Part shown: positions 34,201-47,130 of the stretch, one piece after another | How positions within the stretch are numbered: position 1 is the first letter of the stretch | Layout: each line of letters begins with the position of its first letter | Assembly (NCBI GenBank): GCA_028534125.1 | Contig: CM052824.1 | Coordinates: 59,954,001 to 60,018,000 of the forward strand | Reading direction: 5' to 3' | Source of the DNA: Lama glama | Lineage: Eukaryota | DNA length: 64,000 bases | Notes under the pieces: model-generated | What the model was told of the DNA's origin: nothing | Database searches by the model: none | The model's input: the letters and a program-made list of their open reading frames with translations, nothing else | Made by a program: the position numbers and the translations under genes

Positions 34201-37200
34201 TGTCCCCCGCAGGGCCTTTCTGCTCACATCTGCGATTAGGCTCGGGAGCCGGCGCAGAGAGGCTGCCAAGTCCACCTGCAGCGGGTCTGGCGTCTTCCGG
34301 CAGAGGTGCGCCCGCCGAGCATGCACGCCGCGGGCAGGCGCCCCTTCCTGTGTCCGCGGGGCTGCGCCTTAGCCATCAGCTGCCGAGCACACCCTGAGGG
34401 AGGCCAGGCGGGCCTGGGCTTGGGGCTGTGGCCACACCGGACACTGACAGCAGGGTGGGTGGGCATGCGTGTCCGGTGGCCAGTGACCTGCCTGTGCCCG
34501 GGCTGTACCAGAGCAGGGGAGATTTCCACTCAGAGCTTTGTGCGCGGGAACAAGACACCAGCTGCCAGAGGGTCGCTCTGTGGCCTGGGAATGTTTTGCA
34601 GAATTACAGGGATCAGGTGGAAATGTAAAATGACCTACAAGAGGGGCCGCGGAACAATGGGCAGGACGGAGAGCTGCTTTTCCAGCGACACCTGGAGAGG
34701 TAATAAGGATGTCCAGGTGGCCTGCTGGAGGGAGAGGCTGTGGGGCCAGGCCGGGTGACAGGTGCCCTGAGCTGGGTAGCTGCAGATCTCACAGCCCACA
34801 GCCAGCCGGGGTCCCCTGAGTTGGCCTCGTGGAACCTGAAAACCTCACCAGGACACGCTCTGGGCTGGTCAGAACTCGGGGGGCCCAGAGTGCCAGCTTC
34901 CCTCCCTCCTACACCATCCAAGGCAACTGCACACACCCCAGGTTCTGAGATCTGCAGGCAAGGACAGTGCTGACTGGAGGGACCTGCCAGCATTCAGCTC
35001 CCAAAGCCCAGGACCCCTCCGGGAGCATGCCACTTGGGCTCACGGCGGGGAAGGGGCCAGCGTGCGGAGGCCCACGTGCCGCCCAGGGGTGCTGAGCCTT
35101 GGTGCGCCCTCCAGGGGCTGCAGACTGGATCCTTGCCCCTCTTTGCTCCTGGGGCTGGGCAGTACGTGGCCTTTCTGTGGCTCACGTGCCGACTTTGAAC
35201 TTCTCTAGATAAAAGGCCTTTTCCAGGAGCCAAGCAGAGTCCCAGCCGCCAGGGTTGGAACCCCTCGTGTCTCCCATCCTAAGGCTACGAATCCTGCCTC
35301 AGGGCCACTGAGGGCCTCTCTGTGGAACCCAAGCTGTGCGCAGAACAAGGAGCTTTTTCCGACCACCCGAGAACACGGGGCGACAGACACGCACCTGTTA
35401 GCCGTCCCAGCAGGCTCCCCAGGGCTCCTGGGGGCCAGGCGGTGTCGGGGCTGGGGGCTTCGTCTCTCAGGCTGGGTTACACGCCCCATCACGGTGGCTG
35501 AGTCCGTTCTCCGCAAATTGATTCCCAAGCGTGGGTCTCGTAAAATCTCAGCCGACAGCACTGACCCCACGCGCCCTGGCAATGCTGGCCGGGCTGCTAT
35601 AAATCTAAACAGTGTGGGCTATGCGGTGCCAGGCTTGTCAGCCCAGGGCCCCATTCCGGCGTGGCCCGGAGGGTAGCAGGACCGGCACAGTTTGGAAACG
35701 AGGTTCGGGCCACTCCGAGGCAACCACGAATGCGGAACTTGTCTGACAAGGACTTGACGTCCGGGGAAGCTGGAAGGCCTCCCGCGATCTCTCTCCAGGA
35801 TCCAGTCTAGAATTTCAGGAGAGCCTTGTCACGAGCGCGGGTTGGTTCGTGACCTCGAGGCTTCCCTCCCCCTCAGCCCCCACTCAGCCCGTGCCCCCCA
35901 CGCCGTCCTGCTGCTGAGCGACCCAGGTGTTCCCCACCCTCAGGAGGAGTCTTCCGTGTGAATCCTGCCCTGGCAAACGGCCCCTCTCCTGGGGCCCTCG
36001 GGGCCCCAGCGCTGCCCACATGGCCTGTCTGCCCGGCGAGGCCCTCGTGTAGGGCCGGCACCCACCTGCCTGGTCAGGAAAACCAGGCGGACGCTCCAGG
36101 GCGTAACTGTCCCTGCAGTGAGTCACTAGACTGATAAACAAATGGCTTCGAAGGAAAAACAAAATCATACATTTGCCCCCAGGTGGAAAACTGACACTTT
36201 AGGAACCGAAGGAAAAAACCCCAAACACCAAACCCCAAATCCTACGTAAAACATTGAAAGGTGCTGGTTGAATGGGGCTGAATGCACAAAGGCGGTTTTG
36301 AACCTGGAGAGGAAGCGTTTTATCCCCACTCTGGAACACGGGCGGGAAAGCCCTCAGGGCTGTTCGCACTGTCCCCGCCGGGGCTTGGTGCCACCACGGA
36401 GGAGCCCGGGGACCCCAGCCCCTCCCCCCGCAGCGCTGCACCGGTTGAGAGGGGAGCCGCCCTGGAGGTGAGCCCCATCCTGCGGTCCCTGAGCCTTCAG
36501 ATGTGCTTTGGCTCTGGACAGAAGTCCGGGCCCCGGGGACACACACTCATCACTTTGGCCTTTTCTTCAACGGCTTTTCTACGAAAGCTGACTTAATAGA
36601 ACGTCCACGTGCCTGTCTCCCTCCCAGGCCCAGGTAAACACCGCCATGTAAGTGCTTTGAAAAACGCTCATGCTCCAAGAACCACGTGGTTTATGTTAAA
36701 AGTCAGATGGGAGCTGGAAACGCTTGACTCTTTATTTTAAAGGTTCCCAAAAGGCAGATCACGCCTGGGGAACCCGGGGCGTTTGGTGCTGGTTTGCAGG
36801 CTCTCAGGGCTGCCAGGCTTTGAAGGAAAGACGTCCCCCGAGCCGGCGATAGAGGGCGCCTTCACCCCAGCTTCCGGGTGGCCTGGTGGCCGCCCCTTCC
36901 CCGGGCCTGGGCCCAGGCTCTGCAGGAGGCGGACTGACCACCCCTCGGGTCCCCCCAGGCGGCCGCCCGCCCGCCACACGGAGCAGCTGGGTCCCCTCGG
37001 CCGGGACCTGCAAGCTGACGTCTTGAGACGAGCCTGTCCACGAAGCAGAGAGCCGGTGTCCCGGCCGAGTGTCGCCCGCAGAGCTTGAGCTCTGTGCCTC
37101 TGGCTGCTGTCGGACTGACGTTCTGGCCCCCACAGGCCCCGTTAGGGCAGGCCCCTTGTGGCAGCTCCTGGGGCCAATGGGCAGCCGTGGCCGGACCACT

Positions 37201-38439
37201 GGGCCAGACTGCATCCGAGTACAGAGTCGAGAGGGACCGAGTGAAGCCCTGACCTACGTGTGCAGACGGGCTTCTCCCCTCCGCCCGGCCCCCCACCACG
37301 CCGTGCTTCACCGGGTCTAGCAGGGAGGCTCCCAAGCCCCGGGCTGTGCTCACTGAGAGGTGGTCCAGTGCCGAGGGAAGCGCAGGAGGGAAGGATGGGA
37401 ATCACCCCCACGAGCCGCCCTGGTAAGGCTGCACCTTCACCTGGGCCTGGGGGCCCCACCCTGCCGCGCTGCAGACGGATGAAACATGCCCCTCCCTCGG
37501 GGCAGTGAAGCCGGGCTTGCCAGGGGTCACACACGCGGCAGCGGAAACAGCAACGAGCAAGCTCGTGGCCCGCGGGCCTCTCCGCCCACGTGGACACAGA
37601 CCCGCTGGCTTTTCCTGCAGGTGTTTTCCAGACACAAGGCCAGGCTCTGGGAGACCTCGGCGACCTTGTCACTACCAGGCTCCACGGCCACTCAGTTACA
37701 GGCCCTCCTCCACCTCGTAGGAGGCAGCCTTTCTCCTCGCGGGGGAGCCTCGCGAGCAGCCTGCCGTGGCAGAGCCGGCCCGGCCCACGAGGCAGCCCAG
37801 GGTCCACACTACCTGGCCTGTCACCGCCCGAGCACCGGAGCTGGGGACCAGGTCTCTGGGTCAAGGAGCCCGGAGCCTCTGCCCGGCTCACAGGTGGCCC
37901 CCGAGCTGACCCAGCCGGCAGGCGTCTCCAGGGCAAGTGCCAGAAGCTGGCACTTACAGACCTCTCCATGGAATGTTCGCATGCCAAGGCCAGCCCCGAG
38001 CACATTCCTCTTCCAGAACATTCTGAGAACTCACGCATCAGCCTGTTCATAGGTAGGAGAGGAGAGCCAAGCTGGAGACTAGTTCAGATGCTTTCCGTTT
38101 GCAAGTCCAAAGGGGCGTCCTCGGTAGAAGAGAGAGCTGGTGGGTCCACGCCAGGGGCTGGACCTGGGACCTGGGGCCCGGGCAAACGCAGGGCCGAAGA
38201 AACGCACGTGAGGGAATGACGTTTTAGACGGCTGAGCGGAAGCGACAGTTAGAAAACGGAGCTCTCCGCCTAAAGCCACCTCCGAGGGACTCCGGCTACA
38301 CAGAGGGCCAGAGAGACGTAAACCTGGCCCGTGGGAGGCGCCGGTCTGCGTCTGGAGGGGCCTCTGGACCCCCGGGAGTGTCCTGCTGCAGAGCCTTTGC
38401 CGGGTTCACGTTCCTGCAGTGTCCACTCCCTGTCCTGGC

Positions 38440-38540
38440 TCCATGCATCCATTCAGGAGGTACCCGCCGCGCACCCGCTCTGTGCAGGCCAGGCTCAGGG
38501 GCTGGGAACCAGCAGCAAGAGGAAAGGTGCTGCCGTCACA
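38440..38540 (-). mobile_element. L2 3' end fragment
   Basis: CATCCATTCA..GCACCCGCTCTGTGCAGGC..GGGGCTGGGAACCAGCAG resembles the reverse complement of the L2 terminus. Confidence 0.5.
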
Positions 38541-38852
38541 GAGCCATGTCCGCATCACCAGGCTCCCCTCAGGGGACCCTGCGCACAGCACGCGTCCTCC
38601 CAGAGGGTTTGTGGCTGACTTGGCCGCAGCCCGAGACACCTCCGTCTACCCGGGCTGGGGCGGAGGCGAGCAGCAGGACAGAACGGCAAAGTTCATAGTT
38701 GAAGAGGACACCTGGCTATCTGGCAGCACCGTTCTGGCAACCGAACGCCAAGCACGCCTGATTCTGCACCCAGTGCCCCCTCCCGCAGCCCGCGCCCAGG
38801 GCTGGGCGTCACCGTCCCACTGCACCTTCTCACCAGCTCCGGAGGCAGACGG

Positions 38853-38940
38853 CATTGTCCCCACGGCACAGACGAGGGACTGAGACTTGGAGAGGTCTGA
38901 GGACTTGCCCAACATAAAGCCGGCAGGGTGAAGAACTGGG
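38853..38940 (-). mobile_element. MIR fragment
   Basis: ATTGTCCCCA..ACAGACGAGGGACTGAGACTTGGAGAGG..GACTTGCCCAA. Confidence 0.6.
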
Positions 38941-39691
38941 GAAGGTGGGTGGCAGTGTCACCCCCGGCCAGAGCCAGCCTCCCTGCTCTGCTCCGGGATC
39001 GGGGAAGCAGCCACCCGCAGTGACTGCAGCCACGCCTAGAGTCCAACCGCTTGCTTCCGGGTGATTCACCCGCGCCCTGCCCGAGGCCCTGAGCGACTGC
39101 CCTTCCCTCTGGAGCACCGCGGGAACCGGCCCCGGTGGCCCGTGGGCTCTGAGGGCGAGCCCGCCACCCTGCCTCCTGCTTGGCCCCGGAGCCGGTCCTG
39201 CCCAAGCTGTCTTTTTCTTGGTTTTTTCTTTTCAAAGCTAAACACCTGTTTTTAGGCCTCAGAGAACACTTCAGTTGGTGCCAGGGTGGATTTCCTGAAG
39301 GCATGGCCCCTGGTGAGAGCTGGGTGAGCTGTGGGGCTGCGCCTGCAGCCTCGAGACAGGTGGGGTGATGGGCGCCCTGGGGTCCCAGCATGGACGCTCC
39401 CCGGTGTGGGGCTGGACGGGGACAGTGGAGGGTTGGGGAGGGCGACTGGAAGAGAAAACCATTTCACCTATGTGGGAGACACGAGCCTGGCACAGGGCAC
39501 TTCCCACCCCCCAGGCCCACCTGTCCAGGTGAGACAGGGAGCCCCTGAGCGGTAGTGACATCCCCTGAGGAGGTCGCCGGTCCTCCAGGCTGTCCAGGAG
39601 TGCCGCACCATCACCACCGACAGCCGCGCAGAAACTGAAACGCAAGAACAGAGACGCCAAAGGGCGACTTCCCATAGAAAGAAAGCGAAGA

Positions 39692-39845
39692 GGTGGGAGG
39701 GTACAGCTCACAGTGCTAGAGCGCATGCTCAGCACGCACGAGGTCCTGGGTTCAACCCCCGGTGCCTCCTCTGAAGATAAATAAGCCTAATCGCCTCCTG
39801 CCCCCACCAAAAAAACAGGGAGGAAAAGAAAGAAAGAAAGTGTAG
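39692..39845 (+). mobile_element. Camelid vic-1-type SINE with target-site duplication
   Basis: GGGAGGGTACAGCTCA..TAGAGCGCATGCTCAGCACGCACGAGGTCCTGGGTTCAACCCCCGGTGCCTCC..ATAAATAAGCCTAAT plus an A-rich tail. TSD AGAAAGAAAGCGAAG (39676-39690) versus AGAAAGAAAGTGTAG (39831-39845), 13/15 identical. Confidence 0.9.
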
Positions 39846-42800
39846 GGGGCCGAGGTCACACCCCACCCGAGGCTGGTCCTGGCTCGAGGGCACAGACCCG
39901 ATGAGCACGTGTGTGCACATGCCTGCACCGCTCCCGCGCACACCTGCCTGTGCGCACACCCAGCCGCGGACACGTCCAGCCACGGCCAGGCGGCGCTCAC
40001 TAGCTTCGCGCTGACAGCGGAAGTGTCTTTCTCCCTGTAACCCGGGTGTTTGTCTTTACGGACTGGCAGGCGCATCGTGGGCAGGACAGACTTTCTTATT
40101 CAGACCACCTTGATTCCCCCCGGTCACCTCACAAGGCGCGTGTGCTGACCGTGCCTGGGAGGCAAGGCAGTGTTCCCTTTAAGCGCCTCCGGACTCCACG
40201 GGGCTTGGTCCTGACTGGCTCGTGCTCTCCTGGCGACGCAGCGGGGAACACACCTGCCCCTCTGGTGCTGCGAGCCTGGCCGTCCTGCCCTGGAGGGCCT
40301 CCTGGCTGACATCACTCGGCGGACCTGCTGGGCATGGGCTGGCTTCCCCGCCCCCTCCCCAGGCGCCCCCAGGCCTGACCTCAGCTCCAGGTGGCGCAAG
40401 GGCCTCGGGGTGGGCTCCCCTCTGTAGGGGCCTGGGCAGGGGGCCCCCTGCAGCCCCTTCACTCGGCTTTCTCAGGCCTCCTGCAGGACCTACCTTCGCA
40501 GCTGCTCTGTTTCCTCGGACGGGAGACCTCCTCTCAGAGACTGACTTTCCACTGTCTCTTGTCTCCGCTGGCCAGAGACAGAGCTCTGAATAAAGGGGGC
40601 TCCGACCAGGGCAGGTCAGAAAGAAGCCAGCCCCCAGCCGGGTGCGACGGCAGGGCGTGCGGGGGGGCCTGGCCCCAGGCTTCTGTGCAGGGACAGCTCC
40701 CGCCGGCCTGCCTGCAGTCACTTGGGTGGGCACTGAGGCCCGTCCAGCTGGGGCCTCTGAATGCCCTGCCCTTGCCCCTGTCTTGAAGGATCTGACCCTG
40801 CCTGCTTGGACCAGCACCCCAAGCCTCATGCTGTTTAGCCGCCACACGGGAGACAAAATTAAGAACTGCCACAGGCAGGACCCCACTAGCAGCCCGCAGA
40901 GCGTGGGGCAGCCACTGTGACTCCACGTCTAAGTGGGAGTGGCACTTAGTGGACCACGGTGACCCAGGTGGCGTTTAGAACCACCGCTGTGCACCATGTA
41001 GAGCACGGCGGTCAGCAGGCACCGCGCACCTGGGAGGCCCTGCGATGGGCATGAGGCCCTGGCTGCAGCCCGGGGATCACACGGCCAAGTGAGCCAGGCG
41101 GGCGGGCCACCCCCTATGGAGCGGTGACCGGATGTCACCAGGGCATCTCAATGCAAGGCCCACCCTCAAGGTCCACGTCCTCAGGGGCGCACAGAGCACT
41201 GACCCCGGGAGCTTTTCCAAAGGCAACGATGAATCGAACCAACACGTTTCAAGAGCTGCGTCTTAGTTCAGAAAACCTCCGCGGGTCTGAAAGCAGAGGC
41301 ACGGAAACCCCGGAAACTCCTGACACGAGCCTCCCGGGCACCCCCGCTGCGCGGCGGCCGGGCCCCCAGAGCCCTGAGGCGGGACTAGTCAGAGCCCCCC
41401 AGGATTCCCTGCCCTGGAGGCGGCAGCTGCAGCTGGTCCTGGGGAGACGCTGGGCGCACAGTGTGCTTTCTGGGTGTCACCTCAGCCCCTCGCTGCCATC
41501 AGCCACCCCCCGCCCACCCCAGGGGGGCTGGCCTGCTCTGTCGTCTCTCTGTGCGGTCTTTGCAAAGAAAGCAGTTTGCAAGCTGCACCAGTGGCCGCCA
41601 GAGCGGCTCTGGGACCGTGAAGCGCAGGGCCGAGGAGGCTGCATTGGGAACCTCCCCCTGCAAAAGGCTCAGGGGCCACTGGGGCCCCATAGCCCAGCTC
41701 GTCAGCCCAGCAGGCCTGGCTGTGTCTCGGCTGAGGAGGCTGGGCCTCCCCCGCCTGGACTGGGCCTGAGGGGCAGTGCGGCGCACTTGGGCAGTGCGAG
41801 GCGAGCAGAACACGAATGAGATGCAGCCTGAGGCCAGCCCCGGGGCACGGCTGAGACATGGCCCCAGCTCTCTGGGAGGTGGTCCGCAGGAGGAATTGGG
41901 GTGCGAGGCCTCAAATGGTTTTCTCTGCCATGGGCTGGGGAACGGGCGGAGGACCAGGCAAGGACCCTAAGGATGGACTGGCCGGCTCTATGGGGGTCGT
42001 GGGGCACCTGGATGGAATGGGGGGGAAGCGCCGTGATGACCAAGAGGAACGGGTGTGAACTAGGAAAGTCCCCAGGCACACAGTCCCTGAGGTGCCTGGA
42101 GACTGCATCCCCACACCCCTCTCTGGCCTTGCCCCTTTTTGGGTGACAGGATTCCCTGGTCTCCCAGCAAAACTGGTTGCCGTACAGCTCTCAGAAGCTC
42201 AGGATTCATGGTCTTAGGAGGGTGTGCGCATCTATGTGAAGCCCCCGCGGCTCTGGGGACAGCTGTGGACACATCTGGGGTCAATACTTCCTTGTGCCCA
42301 GGCCCCAGAGTCTGAGATGTTCGGCCCACACTGTCCCTAGGCCACACCCCAGGGGCATCCGCAGATTCACATCGTAAACTGTTTTTTTCTGTCTGAGAAG
42401 GAAGGTGGGGTCGGCCGGGACTTCCCTTCCCCATGCTCCTTTGCCTCTGCAGTTCCTCCCTCCCCTGGGGGAGCCACATGCCTGGCCACGGAGGAGGCCC
42501 CACCCAGCGCCCGGCTCCTACGGTTCCCTGCAGCTTCCCAGCCGCCCTCCAGGTGTGCAGGGTGGACGAGGGTGCACCCGTGGGGAGGGGGAGTCTGTGG
42601 TGCTGGGCGACGCCCCCGGTGGCACCTGATCCTTGGCAGCCGGCCCAGGGGCTGGAGTGCTGCCCCGACCTCCCCGAGGGCCCAGGACGCACAGACACAT
42701 CTGCTTGCCCCTCGCCACCTCGGCTGCAGGCCAGCCCCTCCTGAAGCCCCGTCCTGGCCTGGTTCCTATCTGTCTGCTGGTCATCGTCCACAGTGACCAC

Positions 42801-44659
42801 AGGCAGCAGGTGACGAATGGCTGGTGTCAAGTCCTGTCACGCCAACGGGGCCCAGAGGAAATGCAAGAGGCTCTCAGAATGGCTTTATTACCAACCTGTG
42901 GCCGCAGGGATGATCAATCAAACTGCCCGGCACGGGCAAACACCGGCGAGACGAGAGGCAGACGCCGGCCTGCAGGCCGGGGGTCAGGGCTGGGGCGGGT
43001 GAGGGGCGACTTGTGGAGGACGGCGTAACACATGCTGAACTTGACTGCCGTCCAGGCCCCGCTAGCTCACCCGCCCTCCATCCAGGACCAGGCCGGCCTC
43101 GGGGCCCTGGCGGGGCGGCCCGGGAGGATGGGAGATGCCACGACAGCACGGTGGAGGGATGGTTTGGGCAGGGGCCTGGGGAGGACTCAGAACCCGGGGC
43201 CTTGCTCTGCAATGGCTTTGTTCACAGACCTGGAGCTGGCGGTGGACGTGGGGGCCAGGGCTGAGCCTCTGACCCCACTCAGGAGGCCCTGCTGGTTCTC
43301 GGACCCCAGCCCTAAGCTTCCTGTAGGCCAGGGGCTGAAGATAGCTCTGGGACAGACTTCAAAAGAGTCGGGGTGCTGGCTGGCGTCGGCCTCGTCCAGC
43401 CGACTGTGCACGACCGGCCCCCAGGGCAGGGCCGGCTGCCGAGTCTCCAGACCCCTGGGGTTGCCCCTTCCCGGACAGTCGGCGCTCCCTCCACCGAAGC
43501 GCGGTCTCTGGGCCCACCCGGGGGTGGCCGCCTGGGCCGAGGGCTCCCATTGTGGGCCAACTGCAGTGGGCTCCTGGCCGGGAGCTCGGGGCCGGAGGGT
43601 GGGCGGGGGCCGCCGCTCCTGCCGTCCAGGCCAGGATGAATCAGACCTTTCTTGGGGAAGAGCCTCCCGCACAAGGACGTTTTAGTCAGACATAATTGCA
43701 AGGAAAAATAAACCTGCCTTAACAGAAAACAGCTTTCCAGTTGTTTTTCCCCTCCTTGAAGCCTTTTCAACTCCAGGTTCTGGCAAGTCCTGGCTGTGGG
43801 TAATTGTCAACACGGTGCGGTGTTCAGAGACCAAAGCCAGCGGAACGGAAACAGGGCTCGCAACCGAGAGGGACCCGGGACGTGGCCCCGCAGGCACGCG
43901 TGCGCTCACGTGTGTGCTCACACCCTCCCCTGTGCCCTGACCGCAGGCCAAAGGGAGCTTTGTCTTGGCCGCGGTGCAGAGGGCTCGGAGCACCTTGGAG
44001 GCTCCGATCCTGAACATGGAAGCCAGCGGCCTCCCTGGGTGTGGCCGGATGGCGACTCCATCTGCGCAGGGCTCTCCAGGTCGGGGAGGCTTCCTGGCTC
44101 TGCCTCCCCGTTCTCATGTCTCCCCCCATGAAGGTCACCTCGTGTGCTGGAGGAAGGCCTCGGGGTCCTGGCACCCTCATTCCTCGAGGGAACTGGATGG
44201 AATTCCCGAAGGACTTGGAAAGAGGGCAGGGCTGGTCCAGCATTGGCTCTACCACTGTGTCCAAAACTGACCCCCAACAGAGATGCCCCTGCGGCAGGAC
44301 AGGGTGATAGGGTCACCGTCGGGGCAGGCCCGCTGCCGGCACGTCTGATGGCCGCCAGTTTGTGACTGCCCCCCGGATGGGCCCCGCCAGACCCTCCTCC
44401 TCCCTGTCTCTGTCGTTCTCTAGGGTCCTGTTAGAGGAAGGGGCACGGGGGAGAGGGGCGGCTGCCACAGGCAGCCCCTGGAGGGGCTCGGGCCGGGGGC
44501 TGTGGGGCTCGGGGGATGGCACGCCCCCCACTCTGTCGTCGCTGACGTCCCCTGTTCCTTTCCAGGGACTTGTTGGGGGCCATCAAGCCCACGGTTGACT
44601 GGCTGGTGTTATGCGCTCGGCTGGGCCCTGGAGAACCCGGCTCCTTTGCCAGGCAGAGT

Positions 44660-45830
44660 CAATGAGGAAAGAAAGACTTGAACGAGATAATAATTTATGA
44701 CTTCCACTGGGCCAGACCCCCGTGCCTCTCGGTGCGTTTCGCTGGAAACCGCGCTCCGTCTTCCCAAGGAAGCTGAGACCGGCTGTCGAGCGGGTCCTGC
44801 CGCGCCCCCACCCCGGCCAGGATGTGCGGGGCCCCACCCTGCTGTCTCTCCGTGGCCAGCTCTCGAGGTGTCCAGCATCCAGAAACCCCGTTTCCAAATT
44901 TCGAGCCAAAGGGAGCCAACTCGCAGCATTCGCGTGCATCCCGCGCCGTCCGCCCTGCGGCTTCCAGACCCCAGCCCCGGGCCCGACGCCGCGCTCTCCC
45001 CTCCCTGCCCTCGCTCGCCACCACCGCCCCCCGAAACACAAAGGCGAAGAATGTGATGGGAAAGCCAGCAACGCGGCGGCAAAGCAGACCTTCCCTAATG
45101 GCGACCAAACTTGCTGAGTGTCAGTCAGAGTTACTTTGTGCGGAGTCTGTAATAACCCCGCGGCTCGGAGACAAGGCTGGTCGCCGGCAGGGGCCGCCGT
45201 GCCGGGGCCTGNNNNNNNNNNNNNNNNNNNNNNNNNNNNNNNNNNNNNNNNNNNNNNNNNNNNNNNNNNNNNNNNNNNNNNNNNNNNNNNNNNNNNNNNN
45301 NNNNNNNNNNNNNNNNNNNNNNNNNNNNNNNNNNNNNNNNNNNNNNNNNNNNNNNNNNNNNNNNNNNNNNNNNNNNNNNNNNNNNNNNNNNAAACGCGAA
45401 ATCTGCATAAACCTTCAGGCTTTAATTCAAGCAGAGACCTTTCATTAGAAATATGTTACTTTATGAAATCTGGTCGCCAGCAAGGGGAGAAAAATGTGAC
45501 TTCTTAAGAAAAGTGAATGACGCCTCTTTAGTGATTAACCCGAGATTAATGGAGGTCCCCACTGCTCGGTCTAAGTCCATTTTATTGCTAATTCATTTAG
45601 GTACCATTTCAGATGTGCTGGGTGAAAGTTACCTGCCAGGGCGACAGGTTTTGGCAAGCGACGGTAGCCATTACGGTCAAGTCCCAAACACACATTTTAT
45701 TAAAGAAGCTTTGAAAAGTGTCTTGGGTTAGTCTTTTTTTCTTTCCTTTCTCTTTGGGGGACTTTTTATTTAATGTGCGCAGTTAGTCGAGCATTTGGAC
45801 TCTAACTCATCGATCAGACTCGGATGCGAC
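44660..45830. promoter_or_regulatory. CpG-rich regulatory element plus AT-rich CNE-like block spanning the gap
   Basis: CpG-dense 44720-45211. The AT-rich unique block 45392-45790 carries GATTAA twice, TAATT and TTTATG motifs; TGGCGACC-type motifs recur. Confidence 0.55.
45212..45391. other. Assembly gap (180 N)
   Basis: Run of N in the sequence. Confidence 1.
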
Positions 45831-46829
45831 GGCTTCGCTCTCAGCGGCTCTTTCCCCCCTCAGTTCCCCCGCCTCGAGTCCGCAGAGTCCACGGTGAGGG
45901 GCTGCGCTCGGGACACACGCTCACCGCGCGCACACGCATCGCACACCCACCCGCGTGTGCGTATGTACACGGGGCGCATGCGTGTGCACACACGCAGTCT
46001 ACCCCGCCCCCCGTACTCACAGGCGCCCACACACACACACATGCACACTTGGATACACGGAGATCAGGGGGCCCTCGGGGCCTCCCGGGCAGGGTCACAA
46101 TAGATGTGGGAATTCCCTTCCCCACTTTTGCTTCCAAAGGCCCCTCCCATGGCAGAGGAACCTTTGTTCCTCCGGGCACTGGGGCATCTGGTGGCAACCC
46201 AAGGCGGGGCGCCCAGGAGGCAGCGCCCACCGCCAGTGAGCCCCTTCCCCCTGTTTCAGAAGAAATGAGGGTTCGGGTGGGTGAGAACTGGGTGAGGACG
46301 TGCTAACCCCTGCTGCCCGCCCCGTCACCCGGACTCCTCCCAGCTTCTGGGGAGGGAGCTCTCCCTGTCTTTCCATTTCAGAGGCCTCCCCTCCCACGGT
46401 GTGCTGGCCGCCCTCCTGGCAGCGGTGGCCCCCGGCCGTGGCTCACCCCTCTCCCCACAAAGACACACTCTGGCTCAGGGGACCATCCTGCCCGAGTCCC
46501 AGGGGCTGGAGAGGGCGGGTCAGGGTCCGTGGGGGCTTTGCTCCTGCTCTGATCTCTTCCCCAAATTTGACTGGAGTCTCGGTTTGTATCACGGGATCCA
46601 GAGAACGCGGAGCAACGGAAGTGCTGCTGCCCCGTTTGCCTCGAGTCTTTCTTTTCCGCAGAAGCAGCAGAGGTTCCCCAGGCAGGGGCGCTCCCACTCT
46701 GGCTGGGACCCTGAGACCCTGAGGCTTTGCCTGTTCGTGCTGCACCCTGCAGTTGGTCTCCGGGGGCCACCCGCACCGCCGCTCGCTAGGGCACCTGCCC
46801 TCCAGCCCTGGTGCCTGCTGGGAGAGCCG

Positions 46830-47130
46830 CTTCCCCACCTCCAAGCCCCTCCCACTGCCCAGCTGCCTGATGAGGCCCCTGCCCGGCCCGCAGGCCTGCG
46901 GCCCCTCCCGCGCTCTGCCCTGCCCTGCGCCCAGAGCGGTGGGTCGAGCTGCACCTTCCAGAGTGCTGCTCCCCGTGGCCAGGCCGTTCCCTGCAGCCAG
47001 GCCTTCGCACATTCTGTTCCCGCTTCGGGAACACTCTTCTTCAGACCATAACCGATGGCTCTCTACTCCAGCTTTTAGGTCCTGCCCGGACCCTCCGCAC
47101 CCTGAAGCCTTGGCAGCCCCTGCCCACACC
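46830..47130 (+). mobile_element. L2 fragment
   Basis: GGCCTTCGCACATTCTGTTCCCGCTTCGGGAACACTCTTC matches the L2 motif GGCCTTTGCACATGCTGTTCCCTCTGCCTGGAATGCTCTTC. Confidence 0.6.
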
